A DNA stretch of 19,913 nt from Gemmatimonadota bacterium (GTDB taxonomy: Bacteria > Gemmatimonadota > Gemmatimonadetes > Gemmatimonadales > GWC2-71-9), in assembly GCA_036679605.1 (NCBI GenBank), contig JAZDCZ010000311.1, positions 1-19,913 on the forward strand. The letters run 5' to 3'. Positions 7,761 to 14,066 of this stretch are shown here, piece by piece. The notes under the pieces are model-generated. The model had not been told where the DNA came from. It worked only from the letters and a program-made list of their open reading frames with translations, and made no database searches. A program made the position numbers and the translations under genes. Numbering within the stretch: position 1 is the stretch's first letter; each line of letters starts with the position of its first letter.

Positions 7761-8121
7761 TGGGAGACTTCGGCCACCTTGGAACCGGTTCCCGTCCCGG
7801 AGCGGCCGATCAGACCCCCCTGGCGCTCAACCGCGCTGTCGCACTAGTACCGCGTGATGACCGGTGAGGGCGCATATCCGAGGACGAGGAAGAAGATGGG
7901 TTTGAGACATATCGTACCGGCGAAATGGAGGAGTCCATAGGTCGATTTCGAGACCGAATCTCGTGCTAACGAGAAACACCGGTGAGCCTGCCGAGACCGT
8001 CCCAATCGTTTACGATCGGTGGGCGTTCTCACGGGTCGCTTATTCCCACCTCGAAGTTGATAGCTGTTGCCAACGTAAGATGGCTGAACACGATGTTTGC
8101 TTTCCCGCGTATATGAGCTCT

Positions 8122-10533
8122 TCAGCCGCTCCTATGGAATGTAGCCGTCGAGGTGACAAGCGCATTTTGGGAGCTCCGATCCAAGTAGACGCTGCCGTTC
8201 CTCCATTCGTACTTCGTTGAGAAACGGTTCCCTCGCCAACGCCATTTCTGCGCCTCTCTCATGACGCCTGGGGCTTCAGTAGGTGTGGCTATCCAAACTA
8301 GTTCCCCTACATAGAATCCCATGTCTCGCGACCCGCGCCCCTGTCTGGTCAAAACCCCCTCATATCGGTTCCTATCGACGTTCCAAGTAACCCGCATATG
8401 GTAAAAATTATTCGCGATTTGAGCTTCCCACTCCCCAATCAAGGATAGACCGTAAACCCGTTCTACTTGGTTACGCTGGGTTTCGGTACCTGATGCGGCC
8501 AAGCTTGTGACGGTACGTCGTTCGCTGTGGGTCGCCGGCCGTGAAGACGGCGAAGCTTCCTTGAAAACTATGCCCGAGAGTTTTTTGCGCTTGCCATCGC
8601 GAAGGACCACCAAGGCAACCCCTTTGTTAATCGGAGTTTTGGCGACAATCGACGCCAGTTCCGAAGGCTGACCGACCTCTTTGCCGTCGAAGCGGACTAT
8701 GACATCGCCGATTTTGACCCCGGCCTCGGCGGCCGGGCTGTCGTTAAAGACTCTGGCGACCAGAGCGCCCTTGACCGCAGGTAAGTTAAAGGCTTTTGCA
8801 ACCTTTTCATCGACCGGTTGCATCAAGATACCTAGCCATCCACGCGTAAGGCGACCGTGGTCTTCGAGGTGAGGGACCGTCGAGGTATCAGCCGCCGGGT
8901 CTAGGACTACCGAGTCATTCCAGATATCATACGTCGGGTTTGAAACTACCGTGTCATCCAAGGGCTTCAGTCGAGTTGTTTCAACGGTCTCTTGCGCAGC
9001 CTGCGCAGTAGCTTTCGGTCGCAACGCGCGCGTCGTTTTGCTGTAACTCGGTGACTCTCTCGGTTGCTTTTCGCCTGGGACACCCTCATCGCTTGACGTC
9101 GATTTCGAGCCTAAACTCTTGGTTTCTAGATCATTCGGGGGATTGGCTGTCGGGCTCTCGCGAACTGAATCGAAAAACATATAGCGGTCGATCGCGACCA
9201 TCCCGCCCACTGTGAGAAGCGCGACGATTGTCCCGGCAGCAAGCCACGCGAGCGGTCGCCTTGAGGGCTCGCCGTTGCCCCAAAGCTGCTTTGCCTCTTC
9301 AACGCTGTCAACTCCGGCACAATCAACTCCCCGCTTGGATGCGACTTTGACAAGGCGATCATATTCCGCCGCATCCGAAGTGCCCCGGCGAGGAACATTT
9401 GCCGCGGGGTAGAGAAACATCCCTGCTCGCCGATCGGCTATTACGATCTTAAGTTTTTCAAGTAACCCGCCAATTTTGCCCACTTGGCCCTTACCATCAG
9501 GAAGAATTTCACCCGTAGCATAAATCACATTGGGACGTTTCTCGCCTCGCCCGAATCGAGCAAGCTTGTCTGCTATTGCCAACGCGAGTTGATAGCTGTT
9601 CTCTTCGAAATTGCTGCTGAGCCAAGATACTACGACACCTTTCTTATACGATCGAGCTTTGCGCTCGCCGAACCGCGCTTCGAGGATAGCGTCACTACAC
9701 GCCTTACAATTGACGGCACCAGTCACCGTGATGTCTCGCGATGGGCCGTCGTGCAACTCGCATGTAACAGAGTTTAGACTACCGCCGTTCTCCTCATTGC
9801 CGTGGACTACTGGGAAATAGACGGTAGCACGGCCAGGGCCGCATGCGGTCGCCACCGAGTGTGGCTTGCCAGCAGATGACCCAGCGTTGTCGTTCCCGAA
9901 GCCGGAGCGTTGCTCGTAGGATCCGGTCGTCCTATCGGTGGCTCGTGTCTCCGCTGCTTTACGAGGGTTCTCGCTACACGCTTCGGTTTTTCGCGGGAAG
10001 CGAGCTTCGACTTGATCGCGGGACGAGAAAGCCGCGGCAGCTGAGTTATGTAGTTCGGCTTGGAGCTTCTCACTGTCCTTCCCTGCTGGACCACGTGCTG
10101 CAGCGACCGCAATATTTTCAAGCAACGTCCCTATGGAATCCAGTGCACGGGCCAGATGTCGATCAGTCAGATCGGGAGCACCGCCATCAACGTGGCCAAC
10201 TACGTTTCGGATAGCTTGAACCAGACTTAAACGGCCTATCGTCGCTCGTTCTGGCGGCCCGTCGAATAACCGCTTCCAATCGCGTCGCAAGAGTTTACAA
10301 AGCAACTGCGCGTCCCAGACCACTTGGCCATCGCGCGGGTACATCTCGATATTCTGCTTGAAAAGGTCTTGCCTACCTCGATCTTGCGGCCACGACGCAT
10401 CCCCGATAAACGTTGCCCAACTTTTTCCGTAAACTCGTTCATAGGCGAAAAACAGGAGATTCTTTACCGGGCCCGCAAAGAAATCATTCACCGCGTTCCA
10501 TTGAAATATGTAGTTTGGCCTTGACGTAAACAT
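8122..10533 (-). CDS. Membrane-anchored fusion: Swt1-like HEPN / Lon-type (S16) Ser-Lys protease / TM / DegP-type PDZ / C-terminal beta domain (about 803 aa)
   Basis: HEPN: 'WDAQLLCKLL..DW..LF...IRNVVGH...D...RALDSI..LL' with Rx4H at 10209-10192. Lon-like: 'NSYQLALAIA...YATGEI...G.VGKIGGLLEKL...FLYPAAN' with Ser at 9597-9595 and Lys at 9456-9454. TM at about 9252-9190. PDZ: 'HGRLTRGWLGI...GALVARVFNDSPAAEAGVKIGDVIVRFDG...VLRDGK' at about 8877-8563. ATG 10533 is preferred over 10647 because it avoids overlap with the upstream gene. Confidence 0.88.
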   Translation of the reverse strand: MFTSRPNYIFQWNAVNDFFAGPVKNLLFFAYERVYGKSWATFIGDASWPQDRGRQDLFKQNIEMYPRDGQVVWDAQLLCKLLRRDWKRLFDGPPERATIGRLSLVQAIRNVVGHVDGGAPDLTDRHLARALDSIGTLLENIAVAAARGPAGKDSEKLQAELHNSAAAAFSSRDQVEARFPRKTEACSENPRKAAETRATDRTTGSYEQRSGFGNDNAGSSAGKPHSVATACGPGRATVYFPVVHGNEENGGSLNSVTCELHDGPSRDITVTGAVNCKACSDAILEARFGERKARSYKKGVVVSWLSSNFEENSYQLALAIADKLARFGRGEKRPNVIYATGEILPDGKGQVGKIGGLLEKLKIVIADRRAGMFLYPAANVPRRGTSDAAEYDRLVKVASKRGVDCAGVDSVEEAKQLWGNGEPSRRPLAWLAAGTIVALLTVGGMVAIDRYMFFDSVRESPTANPPNDLETKSLGSKSTSSDEGVPGEKQPRESPSYSKTTRALRPKATAQAAQETVETTRLKPLDDTVVSNPTYDIWNDSVVLDPAADTSTVPHLEDHGRLTRGWLGILMQPVDEKVAKAFNLPAVKGALVARVFNDSPAAEAGVKIGDVIVRFDGKEVGQPSELASIVAKTPINKGVALVVLRDGKRKKLSGIVFKEASPSSRPATHSERRTVTSLAASGTETQRNQVERVYGLSLIGEWEAQIANNFYHMRVTWNVDRNRYEGVLTRQGRGSRDMGFYVGELVWIATPTEAPGVMREAQKWRWRGNRFSTKYEWRNGSVYLDRSSQNALVTSTATFHRSG

Positions 10534-10549
10534 GGCGCCTATGCCTCTC

Positions 10550-11143
10550 TCATTTCTCCTGGCTCGGCTCGAAGGTTCCCATGCCTTCGATATCCAGTCG
10601 GATTCCATGTTCATGAGCCCTGTCCACCGGCGATATTCCCGGGTCATTCCAAATTACCCCTATTTGACAGGTATCGTCGATGGCGCCCTTCAACCATTCC
10701 CGACCGCCCGTATCTACAAGGCGCACTTTAGTTCGGCGTGGGAGCTTTCCTGCTATCTCCCGTTCTATCTTTAGGGAAACTACCCAGCGCGGTGCATCCG
10801 ACTGGGTCCTAAAACACGACACCGAATAACCGTTCCCTTTGATGGTTACGGGACCTTGACCCGCCGCGGCACGCAGCCAAACCACCTCACCGTGCCCCTC
10901 GTCCTGCCAATACCGGCGCGCTTCTTGAATCATTGTGTCTCGCGTCCGCCAGAAGGCCTCGCGTGACGCGCGGCACTCCCAGAGCATCTGCTCTTCCTGA
11001 AAAGAAAAAGGCGGTCCACCCTCGAGCACTTGGCGGATCCGTTCTGCGCTCAGCCTCGCTTCGGATCGCAGGGGCTGACCAGCCAAAGCATCAAATAGAA
11101 TTTCTAGTTCAACGTCTTTCATAGTCCAGTCCTTGAGAGTCAT
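10550..11143 (-). CDS. Putative soluble anti-sigma-like protein / protease substrate (197 aa)
   Basis: ATGA overlap with the upstream gene at 11140-11143. The helical N-half 'LSAERIRQVLEG...EEQMLWECRASREAF' resembles a degenerate anti-sigma domain. LRAAA at 10876-10862 precedes a beta-rich C-half; no TM. The CDS is solid, the function is inferred. Confidence 0.6.
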   Translation of the reverse strand: MTLKDWTMKDVELEILFDALAGQPLRSEARLSAERIRQVLEGGPPFSFQEEQMLWECRASREAFWRTRDTMIQEARRYWQDEGHGEVVWLRAAAGQGPVTIKGNGYSVSCFRTQSDAPRWVVSLKIEREIAGKLPRRTKVRLVDTGGREWLKGAIDDTCQIGVIWNDPGISPVDRAHEHGIRLDIEGMGTFEPSQEK

Positions 11144-12081
11144 CGTGAATTTTTCGAAACAGAGGTGATGACTTTCTCCATCGCTATTGTTTGGCATACA
11201 ATTGCCCGCGCTTGTTCAATCCTTGCACGCAGTTGGGCTCTCGTTACTGCGAACTCCGCCATGTAGTCTTTCTGCCTGTATGGTACGTCCGTGAAGACGC
11301 CTCGCTTAACCGTTGTTGCCAATGCGAGAGCAAGTTCCGGGTGCTCCACATATAGGCGCCTGAGAATGGCTTTTGCGCGTGCAGAAAAATGCGGGCTAGC
11401 GTGGACCAATTCCCCCATATCGTTAAGATTGCGTTCTCGGCAATCGGGACAGAATTCGCGAAAGTAAGACTCCAACGTGACCATTGTCGTGGGCAGATTG
11501 TGTCTCGACGCGTCGTCGATCTGCTTGATACGCTCCAGCACCCTCTCGATATGGTCATCCTCACATGCCTCACCGGGACCAAGCTTGTGCTTATCAGCAA
11601 GTTTGCTGCTGAGTAGTGCGATCTTCATCTCCCACCCCCTTCGTCGGTGGGGTTTCCCAGGGAGCACGCGTAGCCGTTGTTTGTCTAAATAGGATTTCAG
11701 GATCTGACCAAGCGCCTGTCTCGCAGTGAAATCCATATGCCCCGATAGTGCACCCCGTTCACGGTCCGCTGACAGCAGTTCCGTGAGGCGATCGATGTCA
11801 CCAAGAAGCCCAATTGCATCGTCTGCGCCATAGGCGCAAAGGTGTGGCACGATCCCGGATATCCATTTATCTACCTTCTCACGCAGCAATGTCCCATCGC
11901 CTGGATGAGCCGCCGCTTGAATTACAGCCGCAGCGTCGTCGACGCTGAACGATCCAAAAGCTGCAGCGACGACCCTGCTTCTTATGTGTTTCCATTTTGG
12001 ATAGTCCGAAAGTGGATCCATACCCTCTCCCTTCCTCAGGGCCCGGCGCTCCTGGTGAGATCCGGGCCCTTTGAGCAACAC
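11140..12081 (-). CDS. Divergent sigma-factor-like protein with a C-terminal sigma4-like HTH
   Basis: GTG 12081 follows a GGGGGAG RBS (alternative ATG 12021). All-helical character; the C-terminus 'ILRRLYVEHPELALAL...RQKDYMAEFAVTRAQLRARIEQARAIVCQTI' fits the sigma70 region-4 pattern; internal CPDC. The CDS is solid, the function is inferred. Confidence 0.55.
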   Translation of the reverse strand: MLLKGPGSHQERRALRKGEGMDPLSDYPKWKHIRSRVVAAAFGSFSVDDAAAVIQAAAHPGDGTLLREKVDKWISGIVPHLCAYGADDAIGLLGDIDRLTELLSADRERGALSGHMDFTARQALGQILKSYLDKQRLRVLPGKPHRRRGWEMKIALLSSKLADKHKLGPGEACEDDHIERVLERIKQIDDASRHNLPTTMVTLESYFREFCPDCRERNLNDMGELVHASPHFSARAKAILRRLYVEHPELALALATTVKRGVFTDVPYRQKDYMAEFAVTRAQLRARIEQARAIVCQTIAMEKVITSVSKNSR

Positions 12082-12085
12082 CTGA

Positions 12086-12871
12086 TTACTCCCCCTCGAT
12101 GCCTGACTCAATGAATTTCTCAAAATCGCGCGTGTTGCGGCTCGTAGAGTTCCCGAGCGATTCCATATTGTCGAGATTGGCCAAGATGTCTCGGGTGGTA
12201 GTGATAACCGACTGGTTGTCCAGAAGGTTTACATTTCCCGCAGATAGCGTGTTTTGGATCTCCTCTAGCCGTTCGGTGATATCGACGTGGGTGCTTGAGG
12301 CCCTGAGAGACTCGATCTCGGCGGGCAACAGCTCTCGCTGAGACGTAATGTTCGCCTTGGTGATCGCGAGTTCGTCCGCCTTGCGTTTCAGCTTTTCGTA
12401 CAGCTGTGTGGCATGGTGGAGCTGCCGCTCGATGTGAGGACGTTCGTCAAACAGCAGTTTGACCTGAGATTCGAAGATCGAAAAGCGTGGGTAAGTTCGA
12501 CCCGCGAACTCGACCGGACTGTCGGGGCTAGCCTTAGCGTCCGGATGAATCGATCGTGCCTCACTCAAGAGCCGCTTGTTTTTTTCTGCGAGCAGGGAGT
12601 GTTCAGCGACGATGTTGTGGACACGCTCGACTTCACGTCGAAGGCGAGCTCCAGCTACCGCGAGCTTCGCCTCAGCCTCTCGCAGCTCTCGAAATCGCGT
12701 TTCCAGGCACGGGATGGGAAAGCGAGAACACCTGCTGGCTGACCAGCCAAGAAGCTGGTAGCCCAAGGACGCGCTACGCTGGAACATCTCCGGAGCGAAC
12801 GCATGGATACCGGCAAAGGTGACCATGATGGTCAAGAGTGCCACCACTATAGGTCCTACTGATCGTTTCAT
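12086..12871 (-). CDS. N-terminally anchored or exported long coiled-coil protein, PspA/IM30-like
   Basis: AAGGAG RBS 6 nt before ATG 12871. Hydrophobic N-terminus, then 'RFPIPCLETRFRELREAEAKL', which resembles PspA 'EDP..L...+.++'. Two long heptad helices are separated by 'PVEFAGRTYP'. Confidence 0.6.
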   Translation of the reverse strand: MKRSVGPIVVALLTIMVTFAGIHAFAPEMFQRSASLGYQLLGWSASRCSRFPIPCLETRFRELREAEAKLAVAGARLRREVERVHNIVAEHSLLAEKNKRLLSEARSIHPDAKASPDSPVEFAGRTYPRFSIFESQVKLLFDERPHIERQLHHATQLYEKLKRKADELAITKANITSQRELLPAEIESLRASSTHVDITERLEEIQNTLSAGNVNLLDNQSVITTTRDILANLDNMESLGNSTSRNTRDFEKFIESGIEGE

Positions 12872-12938
12872 CATTATCTCCTTCATGGTCGACAGGTTTA
12901 CGTTCGGGCGAATCGACCAGTTGTTTTTGTCTGCCCGT

Positions 12939-13328
12939 CTACTTCCTACCTAGGAGGGAAAAATTTCCTGCAAGCCGCCAAATGAGAAAAAATGTGGTTC
13001 GCAACACACGGGGCACAAACCTGCAAACGGCGCCAAGAAAGTATGTAACTACTGCGCCAAGTACGTGTCCCGCGCCTTCATAGCCTAGCGTCGTGGTGAG
13101 TAAGCCGCGTACGAGCACGAAGAATATTCCCAAAAATAGGAAAACCTTGACCCAGACGGGCAAGGTCTCAAGCCACACGCGGCCGGTGGCCGTCCCGGTA
13201 AAGACGGCCAAAGCCGGTAGTAGGCCGAGCACAAAGGCCATTCGTAGGCGGTGGGCCCAGAGCGCTGTCGCCGTGGCGGCCAGCAAGGCGCAGGTAAGCC
13301 ATATTGGTATCGAGTTCAGTATAGACAT
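12939..13328 (-). CDS. Small integral membrane protein (about 4 TM helices), first gene of the operon
   Basis: GAGGAAGGA RBS before ATG 13328 (the ORF track starts at 13427). The protein is almost entirely hydrophobic with an Arg-rich C-terminus. Confidence 0.75.
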   Translation of the reverse strand: MSILNSIPIWLTCALLAATATALWAHRLRMAFVLGLLPALAVFTGTATGRVWLETLPVWVKVFLFLGIFFVLVRGLLTTTLGYEGAGHVLGAVVTYFLGAVCRFVPRVLRTTFFLIWRLAGNFSLLGRK

Positions 13329-13409
13329 TCGTCCTTCCTCATCTCCCTTGGTCTCATTGAGTTCCTTGGTGGGAATTTCGGTTAAATTGGCGACAAAAGG
13401 AGAAAAAGT

Positions 13410-13450
13410 CGGAGACTGATGTTTCATGGATTTTCCGGAGTCTGATTTTT
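13410..13450. repeat. Imperfect 15-bp direct repeat upstream of the operon
   Basis: CGGAGACTGATGTTT (13410-13424) and CGGAGTCTGATTTTT (13436-13450); 13/15 identical, 26-bp period. Confidence 0.55.
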
Positions 13451-13612
13451 GGAGTTTAGAGCTGCTGGCCGTAGGAGGGCAGCATGGCCTCGGTCGACAC
13501 CCAAAACCGGCTATAGAGACGTCGACCGATACCGGCAGTGCGTCAATCGCGGATCAGCCGGCGATTGCGCCCGGCCGAGCACCGTAGGCCAGCGCGTGTT
13601 AGCCCTACTGAG

Positions 13613-13730
13613 AGATCATCGAGCAGGGTGCACAGGCCTTTCGTCGGCTTGGCGGCGCCACGCGCACCGTCGTGCTCGACAATCTGCGCGAGGGCGTGCT
13701 CACCCCCGACCTCCACGACGCCGAGATCAC
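13613..13730 (+). pseudogene. istA: IS21-family IstA transposase internal fragment
   Basis: Manual translation gives RSSSRV, then after a frame change QAFRRLGGATRTVVLDNLREGVLTPDLHDAEI, the region around the second catalytic Asp of IstA. Confidence 0.72.
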
Positions 13731-13736
13731 CTGTAT

Positions 13737-13815
13737 ACCGAAAAGCTCCACGAGTGGGAGAACGACTACAACTACTACCGTCCCCGCGGCGCACTTGATG
13801 GACAAACCCTCGAGC
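13737..13815 (+). pseudogene. IS481/IS3-like transposase C-terminal fragment
   Basis: 'TEKLHEWENDYNYYRPRGALDGQTL' matches the integrase-core end W..xYN..RPH.AL.G.TP. Confidence 0.72.
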
Positions 13816-14066
13816 CACAGTCGCTAGGACTCGGGCGCTCCTTCTTGCACCGCTAGTCGGTGGATGTGGCATCCGCCGCAACGGCGGCGTTTCTTATTAA
13901 TTCCGATCGGCTGTTCGGCGCCTGCGAGGGCGCGATATACCCCAAAAGCGGCAAATTTCGCTGCATCCGGGCACCTTGCCCGTGCCTAAACCGCTCCCCT
14001 AGTGACATATCCGGTGGCATGCGGATTGCTAAACACTGACGGTAGAAGCTGCTGAAGCAAAACACC

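Noticed and set aside
7760..8120. Short ORFs on both strands, including a hydrophobic 'PIFFLVLGY' stretch
   Set aside because: Possibly another gene scrap, but there is no start, RBS or family motif I can support.
13449..13856. 135-aa ORF as an intact transposase
   Set aside because: Only the last 25 or so residues are transposase-like, and the IstA piece is in a different frame.
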